DNA of 64,000 nucleotides, taken from positions 1 to 64,000 of the forward strand of contig MCFE01000176.1 in the NCBI GenBank assembly GCA_002104905.1. The letters run 5' to 3'. Position 1 is the stretch's first letter; every line of letters begins with the position of its first letter. The stretch comes from Basidiobolus meristosporus CBS 931.73 (Eukaryota > Fungi > Basidiobolomycota). This document shows, one piece after another, positions 37,594 to 49,982 of this stretch. The position numbers and the translations under genes are program-made. The notes beneath the pieces were generated by a model, which ran no database searches, had not been told where the DNA came from, and was given only the letters and a program-made list of their open reading frames with translations.

Positions 37594-39109
37594 TGTTGTT
37601 GAGCTCTTGGAAATATTGGAACTGATTGACAGAACAGCAGAATATGTGGTTTTCACTTGATGATTTATTGGAAGTAAAAGTAGTATCAATACTTTTACGT
37701 GGTCTTGGCATAACAGGCAGATAGAGTATGTGTAGAAGGTCCCGGGAGCATGTGTACAAGGTGTGGGGCTGTTTGAAGTACTTAGAATATTTTCACCAAA
37801 ACATCTGGTGCCCAGAACCAGAAATTTCTCAAAGTAAGTCCCAACAAGGAATTTGGTCAGTATTCAGTAGGATTTCAAGGTAATGATCTAAATGACCAAG
37901 TTAGGTGTGTATTTTGGTGGAATTACAAATTTATACAAGACTCCCACTCAACTAAATATATACACCAACTAGTACTAGCTATGACCTAAGATACTCTTTT
38001 CTGCGCCTTTAGATAGCACCAAGCTCTCTTCATTTGGTTGAGTTTTGGCCCAGTTAAGGTTGGTCTTCATCTGGGTAGCTGCCAGTATGCATTCTTCCAT
38101 TTGGTACTTGTTAAGTACAACTTGAATATACTGGGACTGGCTTAGGGTGATAATCTGGTCCATCTGTCTATGGAGAATCTTATCCCATAGCAATAACTGA
38201 GTTCCCCTGACTGCACATCTTGAACTACTTAGATAGGCTGTTTTTATTCTCTTCCAAGGTCTCTTTGTTATTAGTGGCTATCATAAGATTGTCAACATAT
38301 AGAGCTAATAGTACTGGATTTTCTCTATCTGGCTTAATATACATACAATAGTCTGCAGTACTCCTTTACAAACTCAACAATTCCAAATAAGAATCTATTT
38401 TGCAACTATTGGCTCCTGGTGATTGTTTGAGCTAGAATACCAAATGGGTAATACTTTTGTCAGCTAACCTATCAGCTGATCCATGTATACATCTTCTTCA
38501 AGTTCCCAGTTCAAAAATACAGCATTCACAAACATTCAATGAATAATAAGCTTCTCTATGACTACAATAACCTATAATTGTTGGATGAAATTAAACTTGG
38601 CTACCACAACAAAGGTTTCAGTGTAGTCCAGTACTTTAGTTTGAGAGTATCCTTTAGCCACAGGTCTTACTCAATATCTTTCAATTTTACCATCAGCCTT
38701 GTATCTTGTCTTGAAGAGCCATCTACATCCATCTTATTTGAGGTTGATTGGTATATTAACTTAGTCTTAAGATTGGATTCCCATCAGAGCCTGATACTCC
38801 TCTGTTATTTCCGATTACTAAAGCTCTGTCCAAGGGCTATTTGGGGCCCCTTTGCAGCTTAGGGCTTGTCAATATATGCTTAATAGGAATTGTCTAAGTT
38901 TGTCCCTCATCAATATAACAATTTGGACTATTTCTAATCCTGTTAGATCTCCTTCTATGTAATGGTGAAGCAATCACTTCTGGGATATTCATAAGCACTG
39001 GTTCTGGCTGAGCCACAGTAGTGGAGCCCTTTGAAGTGAAAAAATTCTCATTATTTGCTCTGATTCAATATTGACCACTGGTAGATTTGAGATCAAGTTT
39101 TGTCATCAT
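37594..39109 (-). mobile_element. Older, deleted copia-family element (3' LTR 37594-37940 plus RT fragments)
   Basis: Diverged LTR ending ...tacaaga followed by ctcccact; eroded RT/integrase sequence homologous to 30900-32200. Confidence 0.8.
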
Positions 39110-39350
39110 TGTTGTAAAAACTTGTAATTCCACCTAAGTATTCACCTAGCTTAGTCACTTAGATCATTACCTTCAAATCCTAGAAAATAATGACCAAGTT
39201 CCATCTTGAGATTTACTTAGAATACTTCCACCAAATTACTAGGTACCCAGAACATGAAAATTCTCAAATTTGTCCAAACAGCCCCAAACTTTGCACACAT
39301 GTTCTGGGGACCTTCCTTAACCTATTCTGTGAGTTTGATTTGCCAGGATC

Positions 39351-40445
39351 TGTTGTGTTGTATTATGATTAGTTTGGGGCTTGTTCTACAGTGTAGAGGC
39401 TAATCAACAATATAAAACAACTTCCAGTATGCTAATACTGAAATAGTTTATTGGGAGTTTGATATACCGATAGAAGATATAACTTTCACTAACTTCCTCA
39501 ATCTTGGGCTCAAAATATACTGTAGGCAGTGTTTATCACTTCTACAGCAGTGTTCTGACCTTCTGTCGACTAATGGGCTTATTTACTTTTATAGTAACTT
39601 TTCCTTATTTTGAAGTCACTTTCCTTTCTGAGAAAATATTTCCTAATATGGAAATTTTGAACTCCCCTTTAACCTAAAGGGGTGTGTTGTAGAAGTCTCT
39701 AAAGGGGTCTTTAGACTAAAGGGGTGTCTAAAGGGGTGTCTTTAGAGTAAAGGGGTCTCTTAGAGGGGACTTTTCCAACAGAAAAGTGGTAGTTTCTTGT
39801 AGAACTTAGACTGGATTCTGTGAGCTTTGCAGTCTCTTTACTGATGTACTACTGATCAAAGTCAGAATACTCAACAGTGCAAGTGATGCAGGGGAAGTCT
39901 TATAACCTTTAAACTTGTAATCGTAGTGTGGAGATTCTGGAAAGAGAGGCTCTCTCTTTATTTTTCAGCTGGGGAAGTCATATATATGAAAATCTTGAGG
40001 GATCAAAGTCTTTGGATGATTGCGCAAGTAATACACGTGATACAAAGCTAAAATTTTGCAGTGGCGCAGATCGGACATAGGCGCAGCACCTGTTATAATA
40101 TCACGTGATTTGATTGGCTGGTTCAAATGTTACACGCGATCAAAGTCACCATAGTAATCCTAGCAATAAGGCATAGTATATATAATAGTTGGACTCTTTT
40201 GGTCATAACTCCTTAGGTACTGCTTTAAATGAGCTGTAATTTGAAACATGTGTTGGCTACTATGTGTTCTGTATGACATAGTATTCTTGGGCAGATTGCT
40301 TGTCAGGGTCTGGAGCATTTGTTCATCAAAGTTGGAAATTCTTGATCTTTCACTTGTGTGTTACAATAGCAAAAAGCAAAATAAAGAAATGAGTGCAATA
40401 TTGGTTTAGAGATATTGTAGTAATGGAATACTTTCCATTACCACA
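39351..40445 (-). mobile_element. Family Y solo-LTR-like element, copy A (1095 bp)
   Basis: TG...CA ends; perfect 4-bp TSD GATC; splits a copia LTR; homologous to 42948-43946 and 60665-61858. Confidence 0.9.
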
Positions 40446-40796
40446 GATCATGTATGAGTATAAATACTACTTTTACATTTGATCAATTACTTAGTGAGAC
40501 CCTCAAAATCTACATGTCCTCCCAATCACTTCCAACATCCCCAAGACTCTTACAACAGGTTATAAGTCCCAAACTGTCACTCTCTGTATTGTCTACTACT
40601 GCTATGACTGGAATTTTTTCCTCTGCTGAAAAGTTGGATGGATCTAACTAACAAGTATGTAAGGTGAAGATGAAGATGCTGCTACAAGAAAGTGGTCTTT
40701 GGGATACTGCACAGGAGAACAATGTGCTCCTAAAATGTGGGAGAGGAAGCCTTAAAGTACCAGAGGAAAGAACAAAGTGCCTCTAACTGCACTTGC

Positions 40797-41144
40797 TGCT
40801 GTAAGAGTGTTGGAGATATTTGAAGTAATTGGGAGGACAAGTAGATTTTGTGTTTTTCACTTAATGCTGCACTGAATATAAAGGTTTTACTATACCTTTA
40901 TATGATACTGGCATAAAAAACATGTGGAATAGATTAAGGTGGGTCCCAAGAACATATGTGCAAAGTTTGGGGCTGTTTGAACAACTTTGAGAATTTTCAT
41001 GTTCTGGGTGCCCAATATCTTGGTGAAAATGTTCTAAGTAAAACCCAACAAGGAATTAGGTTGATATTCTCTAGGATTTGAAGGTAATGATCTAAGTGAC
41101 TAAGTTAGGTGAATATTTAGGTGGAATTACAAATTCTTACAACA
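40797..41144 (-). mobile_element. Solo copia LTR inserted antisense in the gag of a family member
   Basis: 348 bp; flanks CTTGC/TCTGC, each one change from TTTGC in intact gag copies. Confidence 0.87.
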
Positions 41145-42947
41145 TCTGCCTTAATGTTAAAGACAAATTGATAATTCAATGCTCAAGAGCACAAACAGTA
41201 TAGAATGCCTAGAGGGCATCAAAAGACACCTACCAGTCATGTGCAGCTGCTAAGAAAATGTATCTTAGGCAAAAACTCTTTGCTACAAAGATGCAGCCAG
41301 CAGAAAAAATGAAAAATCTACTAAACAGGATTACCCAACTGGTGGATGAGATGGAATCTGTGGCTGTACCAACTACTAATGAGGATGTTGTAGTAACCAT
41401 CCTGAATAGCCTGCCAGAAGAGTTTCAGGGCCTTGTATTAGCCCTAGAGTCCAGAACTTATGATTTGAACTTAAAATATGTATACAGAAGGCTCCTGGAT
41501 GAAGAATTAAGAAAATCAAGCTCTAACAAGAAGGAAGAAGAAAATGCTTTAATAAGCAGTAATAAGCAACAAAAGAAGCACATAAGACCTTTCAAAGGCA
41601 ACAGCAATCTGTTCTGTAACTACTGCAAAAGGAAAGGACACATATCAGACTGGTGCTTCAAAAAGAGAGAGAGTCAGCAGAAAAGCCTGAATATGAAAAT
41701 GCTGCAACAACTGAAGATAGACTACTCATATCTGCACTAAATATGACCATAAACAAGGATTCTCAGATGTGGTATATTGACTCTGGAATATCTCAACACT
41801 TTACACACTAAACAAAACTTTTTCCCAATATTGAGAAATTCCAATCAAGAAGGTTTTCATGGGTGATGATAGAACACTTGAAGCAGTGGGAGAAGGAACC
41901 ATTCAGGTAAACCTTAGAAGCAGTGAAGGAAGCCATACCATGACCTTTAAAGAGGTACTCTATGTACCAGAAATAGCCAAGAATCTACTATCTGTAAGCA
42001 AGGCCACAGCAGAAGGACTCAGTTTCAGCTTTGACAGTTGTAGATGCAGGATCACTGATCAAAATGCTGCTCATATTGTGTTGGGTATCAGAGATCTACT
42101 ACAATAGTCATTTGGCAAGACTTGTATGGCAGCTTTGTAGGTGCAATGCTGCCCACATTTGTTTGAGCAGACTTATATGGTTGGACCATACAATTGCCTT
42201 ACACAAAAAAAAGCCTGGTATTGCTTTGATAGCCTTTTTGCAGACTATTGTTGGCATTATCACAACATTAAAGCAACTTACAGCTAGCTCCTGTGAAGAT
42301 CTACCAAACCAATTTTCTTAGCATATAAATGCTGGGACAAAATATGCCTACTTGTTTAAAATTAGAATGATGCTTACAGAGCAAGTCAAGTGCATTCTGC
42401 CAAGCATTGAGCTCCAGATGCTCCCATGCAATGCTGGCCTTATGGTGATGCCATGCTAGAGTTTTTGCAGCCTCTTGACATTGTTCATTCTTCATTATTT
42501 CACTCAACTGCTTCTGGAATCTTCAGAGTTTTTTGATCTTGAGGCTTTAGTATGTTGATGATATTCTCCCCTCCAATGCAGTAATAGATTTTTCTGTAGG
42601 CTCTACGCTTAAGTAGTGCTATCATGCCTCAAAGGCAGTAGGGCATTCTTCTGACATCCCAACAAGAAAAAATTAACAAAAGGGTAGCAGAATGTCATCA
42701 TATAATCAGCGGAACTTCAAGTTTCTAAAATCTGACAACTATCATTATCTCATGTACTAGCAGTTGGGTAGACAAGCAGATATATTTTCCAAGAGGAGAC
42801 TTGGCCAGCAAGGACTCAAGAAAATGGCTCAACTCTTAGCTATGCAATTGAGCTACTTGTGTTCTTTTCTTGCTATAAACATACCCCTGACTCAGCCTGA
42901 GATTCTAATTGCTCCACACTTGTTATCTGCTCAGCCTGTCTGAGAGC

Positions 42948-43946
42948 TGTGGTAATGAAAGTATTCCATTACTACAATATCTCTAAACCAATATTGCACT
43001 CATTTCTTTATTTTGCTTTTTGCTATCATAACACACAAGTGAAAGATCAAGAATTCCCAGCTTTGAAGAACAAATGCTCCAGACCCTGACAAGCAAACCA
43101 CCCAAGAATATTTAATCATACAAAACATGTAGTAGCAAACACATGATTCAAATTACAGCTCATTTGAAGCAGTACTTAAGGAGTTTTGACCAAAAGAGTC
43201 CAATTATTATATATACTATGCCTAATTGCTAGGATTACTATGGTGACTTTGATCACGTGTAACTTTTGGACTTCCCCTGCATCACTTGCACTGTTGAGTA
43301 TTCTGACTTTGATCAGTGCTACATCAGTAAAGAGACTGCAAAGCTCACAAGAATCCAATCTAAGTTCTACAAAAAACTACCACTTTTCTGTCAGAAAGGT
43401 TCCCTCTAAGACACCCCTTTACTCTAAAGACACCCCTTTAGACACCCCTTTAGTCTAAAGACCCCTTTAGAGACCCCTTGAGGAAACCCCTTTACTCTAA
43501 AGAAGCCCCTTTAGGCACCCCTTTAGTGTAAAGTCCACTTTAGAGACCACTACAAGAAGCCCCTTTACTCTAAAGACACCCCTTTAGACACCCCTGTAGA
43601 GACTTCTACAACACACCCCTTTAGGTTACTGGGGCGTTCGGAATTTCCATATTAGGAAATATTATCTCAGAAAGGAAAGGGACTTTCAATTAAGGAAAAG
43701 TTACTATAAAGGTAATAAGCCCATTAGTTGACAGAAGGTCAGAACACTGCTGTAGAAGTGATAAACACTGCCTACAATATATTTTGAGCCTAAGATTGAG
43801 GAAATTAGTGAAAGTTATATCTTCTATTGGTATATCAAACTCCCAATAAACTATTTCAGTATTAGCATACTGGAAGTTGCTGTATATTGTTGATTAGCCT
43901 CTACATTGTAGGACAAGCCCCAAACTAATCATAATACAACACAACA
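42948..43946 (+). mobile_element. Family Y solo-LTR-like element, copy B (999 bp, internal deletion)
   Basis: Perfect 4-bp TSD GAGC; TG...CA ends. Confidence 0.9.
43395..43625 (+). repeat. ACCCCTTTA-motif array inside family Y (also ~39665-39780, 44770-44970, 61340-61530)
   Basis: More than ten copies of (A/G)CCCCTTTA interleaved with CTCTAAAG/CTTTAGAG. Confidence 0.85.
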
Positions 43947-46209
43947 GAGCTTGAGGAGACTTCATTGTTACTATTGGTAAGCTAGTTACCAACATAGCCT
44001 TTTGCTGATGTAACCCTGCTTGCTGCTCTTGATGTCAAAGTAAGCAGCTTTTTGACCACTCCTTTGCTACATAATGCAGTGGGGCTGGCTGGCAGCTGTG
44101 GTATTGCAAACTATTCCATCACTACAATTTTGCAAGACCAATATTTCACTCATCTCTTTATTTTGCCTTCTGTGATTGTAATCACAAATGAGAGATTAGG
44201 TGTTTTCAGCTTTTAAGGACAAAAGCTCAGAACCCAGAGACCAGTCCATCAAAGATTATTATGCCATGCAGAGCACTTAGCTGCCAGTATATGCTTCAGA
44301 CTACAGCTCATTCAAAGCAGTGGTTGGGAAGTTATGATCACCAGAGTTCATTGATTATATTAGCCATCTATTGCTAGGTTCACTATAGTGACTCTGACTG
44401 CACATAACTGTTGATCTAGCCATTGAAGTTTAGTGCAGCCTTTACAGGTGCTGTGCCTATGTTCAATCTGTGTAGATGCTGTATTTAGCTTTGTATGATG
44501 TGCATTGCCAGTGCAACTGTCCAGAAATCTTGAATCTTTAAGGAATTCAATATATGGGACTTCCAAAGTTTCAAAATAGAAGATAGCATTTCTTTCCCAA
44601 ATCTCTACATTACAATTAAAAGCCTAAAGTTGTTAAGACTTCCCCAGCATCACTTGCCCTGCTGAGTAGCTTGACTTTGATCAGTACTGCACCAGTGAAG
44701 ACACTTCAAGGCTCACACACTACAATATGAGTTCTGCAAGAGTACTACCACTTTTCTGTTAGAGAGGTCTCCTCTCAGAAGCCCCTTCACTGAAAAACAC
44801 CCCTTTAGAGAGATGATCCCTTTGGAAACCCCCTTATGAAAACTCCTTAGGCACCCCTTCAGTGTAAAGTCCCTTTAAGAGGCCACTTGAAGCGGCCCAT
44901 TTACTCCAGATACACCTTTATATACTTCTAAAGTCCCCTTCAAGCACCCCTTCAACATCCCCTTTTAGGTTGAAGGGGTTCAAATAACTTGAAATCAGGT
45001 GCATCTTCACTGAAAGCAGAGTGACTTCCAAATACAAATATATCCCTATGAAAGTAAAGGAGCAAGTAATTCATAGAAGTTCCAACCTCTGCCCTAGATG
45101 TGAAGCACATTGCATATAGCTTATTTACAGGCCAAGTTCAAGAATATTTTAAGCATTATGCTCTATTGAGTTATTGAATACTCAATAGGCTATTGCATTA
45201 CCTAAATACTGGAAATGGTTATATATTAGACTTGTTCCATTGTACCGTACCAGGGCGCGTGGCACAATCTGCGGTTGTAAAGAATGATTGGGCGCAATAT
45301 TATAGCTACCAGAAGGCAGGATTGTTCTTGGACAATTTTGCACTATGTGGGACAATCTTGCATACTGTGGCACAATCTGACACAATGAGGTTGGCACGGA
45401 TGATTGTGCCAACTTGTAATATTTGCATCATGTGAGCAATTGGATACCGCTATTATGACAGGTAAAATCCGGTATTTGGAAATGTTTCTTTAATGTAAAT
45501 GGAAATAAATGTGTATTACACTATAAGCTACACTGATACTTACCATTTTGGTCACCCTCACTCCAATTGGACAGTATCTCAGTGGTTAATTGCTCCAAAA
45601 GTATCCAGAAGCTGGCAGCCCCCAATTGGCTCATTGACTACTGAAAAAGCTACCTGATTTGCCATCAAATATCCCATTTTGCCCATTGAGCAAGTAAATC
45701 CCTGATCCTAGTGATTGGACAAGGTGTTATAGCTAGCATGCAAGCAATTGTGTAGGTGCAAAACAGATCCCATAGCTGCACTGGTATTACAGATGATGTA
45801 TATATATGCAGGGTGTTTATTTATAGGGGTTCTGTCTCAAATGTGAGATGACCTTGATATTACTTATATAAAAAATTTGATGATCACTGATTTGCAATGG
45901 CTTGATTTTGATCACAAAAAAAAAGGGTTGTTGGGATCATTACTAATGTGAGCAATTCAAAGCAATTGCATCATCTTCTCCTGGGTTTTTTTCTCACAGG
46001 GATTACTACTGAAGCATTTGGTAGTGACTCACTTTGCACACCTATACTACTTCCTGGCTGACTATCATCTTGGCTACTTGTGTATTTGTAGTCAGTATTT
46101 TGCCTCCTTCTTGATGAGTGCAATGTTGCAGCTTGCCCGCACTGAATTGCTCCAGCTGAACCAACTGAACCAGCCTGTAGTGCCACATGCTGACACATTC
46201 TTTTACTTG

Positions 46210-47202
46210 CTAAGGGCTCCGGTGGTTGAGTACTTCATGTTGGTCATCAGCAGTCAGTTCACCAGAAGTAACTTGCTGATGGTCAGGCAAAACGGCACGT
46301 GCAGGTGCGCCTTGATGCGTTGAGATGGCCCTTTGCTGAGTTTGATGTGATGCTGCATGTTGATGCCACTTGGTCCGCTCCAATGGACTTGTGTCTAAAT
46401 GAGCAGTTTGGCGAGTTCTTGTAGTTTTGCTCTGAAGCACGTGCGTTGACTCAATGCAGGGAATTCTGGTAAAGGGTGTTGGCATGGTCTGGACTGACGT
46501 GTGCCAGCACGCTGTGGTTGCAAGAGATGGTAGGGAATCCAGCAAGGTGTGCTGGTGCAATCTGGACAATGTAGCTTGCGGTCTGTATTCTTCCTCCTGA
46601 AGCTCACCATCTGATTCCTCAAGGTATTCACTTACCCTCTGTCTGATACTTTGGAACTGTTGCCTGGATGAGTCCTGTGTATATTGCTCTTGGAAGCCAC
46701 TTAGCTCTACTAATCTATCACATAGTACATTAGTCATTTGGGGCAAAAACTCATTCAAAATCTCTTTGGTTCCCAAAGTTGAGGTACATACAGACGCATC
46801 CGGCCCGTACTGTGCAAATTGCGCGCAAAATTGTTCCTGCGTGGCTTCTTTGTCAAATCCCCTCACTCTCAGCTCATTCTTGATTTCAATACTTGTCTTG
46901 TTATATATCTTTTTACATACATTGGCTGGCATCTTGATGTAGAACTCATGCCACAGCTTTCTACTCAAATTCTTCCATCTTTGTTGACTCTCTGAGGTAT
47001 CTAGTTCTGCTAGATTAATCAGTAGTGCCCAAATATCTGTATGAAGGCTCATCACAGACACTTGGGCCATACTAAAATCATTTGGCAAGAACTTGAACGG
47101 ATCCAACATCAACTTTTCCGGTGCAGACTGCACTTGTGAGCTGGGGGATGGGTTTTGTCTGGGTTGTACTAAAGATGAGTTGAGGCTTGATATGGGTACC
47201 AT
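46210..47202 (-). CDS. Accessory ORF of the PHIS element (unknown function; QQRWKNLSRKLW resembles a Myb/MADF helix)
   Basis: 330-codon ORF inside the TIRs, divergent from the transposase; 3' part may be frameshifted. Confidence 0.6.
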   Translation of the reverse strand: MVPISSLNSSLVQPRQNPSPSSQVQSAPEKLMLDPFKFLPNDFSMAQVSVMSLHTDIWALLINLAELDTSESQQRWKNLSRKLWHEFYIKMPANVCKKIYNKTSIEIKNELRVRGFDKEATQEQFCAQFAQYGPDASVCTSTLGTKEILNEFLPQMTNVLCDRLVELSGFQEQYTQDSSRQQFQSIRQRVSEYLEESDGELQEEEYRPQATLSRLHQHTLLDSLPSLATTACWHTSVQTMPTPFTRIPCIESTHVLQSKTTRTRQTAHLDTSPLERTKWHQHAASHQTQQRAISTHQGAPARAVLPDHQQVTSGELTADDQHEVLNHRSP

Positions 47203-47561
47203 AGCAACAGATTTGGATACTTATACAGCAGTATATTAGCATTAACCTGGTCTTATATGAAATATATATGAAAACTAATGTGATTGTTGAATTTTCCATA
47301 TATCATGCATGATGCATCTTGGATTGCGTTGACATGGATCAGATCACATCAATTGCAGATTTCCTATTTGATTATAGACCTAAGATTAAAGCATCAATAA
47401 AAGTATCAAGGCATTGTTTGCGGATGATTTTTGTGACATAATGATGGGATACATGGCAATTAATGGAGATTTAACCATAATGTATTAAAAATCAGATAAA
47501 TGACGCAGATTGTGCCAAATTGATTCAAACCACCTCCATACAATCATCCACCAATTTTGAT

Positions 47562-48445
47562 ATGACTTACTCATCTGAATGGTCTTTTCTCATCAATCCC
47601 ATCACTACCACTGGATTTCATTTTGACACACTAGAGGAGATCTATTCCAAGTACTGTGGACCATCAACCCCAATCTACTCAAGGAGATCCCTTGTTAAGC
47701 TTCTCTGCTATTACAAGAACTATTGCCCTACAAAGTTTCATCCCACCATCCATGGCAACAAAAGTCCTAGAGCTTTCATTCCCAGCTGACAGCAATGGAG
47801 AACCACCTTGCAGAGGGTATGAATGACTTAGCGCAAGCTTGGAATACTAGGTTCAGAAGCTTCAATAGACTTCCATATCCCAGAGTGTTCAGCAACAGGT
47901 TCCATATCAGGAGTATTTTGGATACCTTCCCAGTGAGGATTAACAGACCTTCTAGAGGGCAGAGGCACTTTTATTCTGGCAAGTACAAGGCACACTGTGT
48001 GAAGTTTTAAGCACTGTCTGACATTGAGGGTAACATCATCTGGTTTAGTGGGCCATTTGCTGGAAGTAGGCATGACAAAGCACTCTGGGTAGAGAATCAT
48101 CCTGAATTCAGTAGAGGGGAGAAATGTATGGCAGACTTAGCCTATATAGGAGAGGATTGTCAGAGATTAGGATGTATTACAGCTTATAGGAAGCCAAGGA
48201 ATGGTGTGCTTAGCAGGGAGCAGAAGCTCTACAATGAGATATTTAATCATTGCAGAGTGAGGGTAGAGCACACATTTGGATATCTGAAGAGATTCAGCAT
48301 ATTGGCAGGTAATTACAGAGGAAAGTCCTATATAGGAGAAAACAGCAGAATAGGTAAAATAGTTAAGATACTTATTAATGCACAGTATGTTCATACAAGA
48401 AGACATCCACTGAGAGAAATGTGTCCAGAGCATTATGAAGAGTAA
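47562..48445 (+). pseudogene. DDE_Tnp_4/IS5-like transposase with a frameshift and a stop
   Basis: ILDTFPVRINRP...FYSGKYKAHCVKF*AL...GPFAGSRHD...MADLAYIG...NHCRVRVEHTFGYLKRFSIL. Confidence 0.88.
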
Positions 48446-49982
48446 ATATAGCAAGGAAAGCACTATTCTGAGCAACATAAGTAAGATTGAGTAAAATTAC
48501 CAGTAACTGTATCATACCACTGGCAGCATGGTAGAAATTATAGTGCCAGATAGTTCCAAAGAGTGCCAGATTGATCCAGCACCACAAACAGGCTGGCACT
48601 ATGTGGCACTATCCAACGGAGCAAGTCTATTATAAACCCATCTTTATATAGTTGAACAAGCCCTAAACTATTCCTAACACTACATAACACAAATAGATAA
48701 CTTTGCTTTATTTTTTAGCAGCTTACATACATGAAATTGTGTCAAACTAAAGGAGATATAGAATTGCATATATATGGGCATGTTGTGCCACAAGTCATTT
48801 ATAATGCTTTCTGTGATGGGACACTAATTGGACTCATGTTCATGCAGGCGCCATGCCTCATATGCAGGATTATTTCAGGCTTGCATAACTGTTGCTCATA
48901 GAGAATAATTGTGATAATCCCACCATGGTGACTAAATTGCCAATAGCACTGACCTATACACATCCCTATTTGCAACATTAACATTATGACCAACACCACA
49001 TTACACAAGCAAGTCCATAAAAATCCACTATTCTATAAGTATTTCTGCTCTTGCTCCCTTTTTCTATAACCTCAATGGGAGCCATACAACTTTATAGCAT
49101 TCCTCATTCACTGGCTCCCATATGTCCTGGTCTTCAGCCAGAGCTGTAAGGTCTAGTGCCTCATCTGGCAGTTGTTGCAATATATTCTTGCAATATTGGG
49201 GTGTATATGCATCAGCACTGCCTTTGAAGAAGTGCGCAACCCTTTGGTGTGCCTATGTGTATTCCAAATTCCAGGAATTGAGATAGTTTTTGAGTTCTTG
49301 ATGTAGTTGCTTAGCCTATCACTGAGAGCTCCACTCTGTTTACTGTGGAGGATGTAGAGGCAGTGGTTGACAACTTATTTCTTTTCAAACTCACCTACCT
49401 CACTATAGTGTAGCTCTACTGGCTGTTTCCACATTTTGTAAAAATAGGCGTTGTCTTGATGATAACTCTTCTTGGCTATGTTGGAATTCAGCCTGTACTG
49501 GGCTGATGGCAATAATTGGTGAGTGCTGCACCTTTTTCCTCACACTTCTCTGTCTCTGGATTGGGCTGACTTTTTTCTCTTTGCATTTACCCTAATCATT
49601 GCCAAGTCTTTCACTGCTACTTTGTCGGATTGTTTCTTGTAAAGAACTATATTTTCTCCTGGATAAATTCCACTCTGACACATTGGTTTTGGCCTGCTTG
49701 TCCTGTACTGGCACTCTTCTGGCAACCTGACATTTCTTTTCTGCTTGTTTTGAGCTCTCAACCATGGTTGTGATACGCTCCTGTACAGCGGCTGGATTTT
49801 ATCACTGCCAGGTCCTTCACTGCTACTTTGACTGGGTGCTTCTTGAGTGGTACTACACTTTTTCCTTGATAAATGCTGTGCTAGTGCATTCATATCAGCC
49901 TACTTGTCCCTAATTGGCACTCTTCCAGCTGCCTGACATCTTGTTGATGCTTGTCTGGAGCTTTTGGACCTACTTGTAGCGG

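Larger units (their letters stand above)
39110..42090 (+). mobile_element. 3'-truncated copia-family element (5' LTR, PBS, gag, protease), interrupted twice
   Basis: LTR 39110-40557 split by Y copy A; PBS ggttataagtcc at 40558; gag ORF 41258-41740; protease 41770-42090. Confidence 0.88.
42100..44096 (-). pseudogene. Degenerate accessory ORF of the CACTA-like element (split by Y copy B)
   Basis: Translation ...ITALEG...LAWHH...W.H.EL.A.QNALDL matches 51110-51450. Confidence 0.55.
45228..48628. mobile_element. PHIS-superfamily (PIF/Harbinger/ISL2EU-related) DNA transposon, 3.4 kb, two divergent ORFs
   Basis: TIR AGACTTG(T/C)TCC(A/G)TTG; 3-bp TSD ATT; subterminal GGCAC(A/T)AT motifs; DDE_Tnp_4-like transposase. 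Confidence 0.85.
44097..48689 (+). mobile_element. Diverged family Y relative (copy D), split by the PHIS transposon: 44097-45227 + 48629-48689
   Basis: Starts tgtggtattgcaaactattccatcactaca; carries the CCCCTT array; Y-like 3' end (aacaagccctaaacta...ataaca) resumes after 48628. Confidence 0.7.

Noticed and set aside
43395-43625. CRISPR-like or telomeric array (ACCCCTTTA units)
   Set aside because: Units are short and irregular, with no unique spacers and no cas genes; not TTAGGG; they lie inside a dispersed TG...CA element
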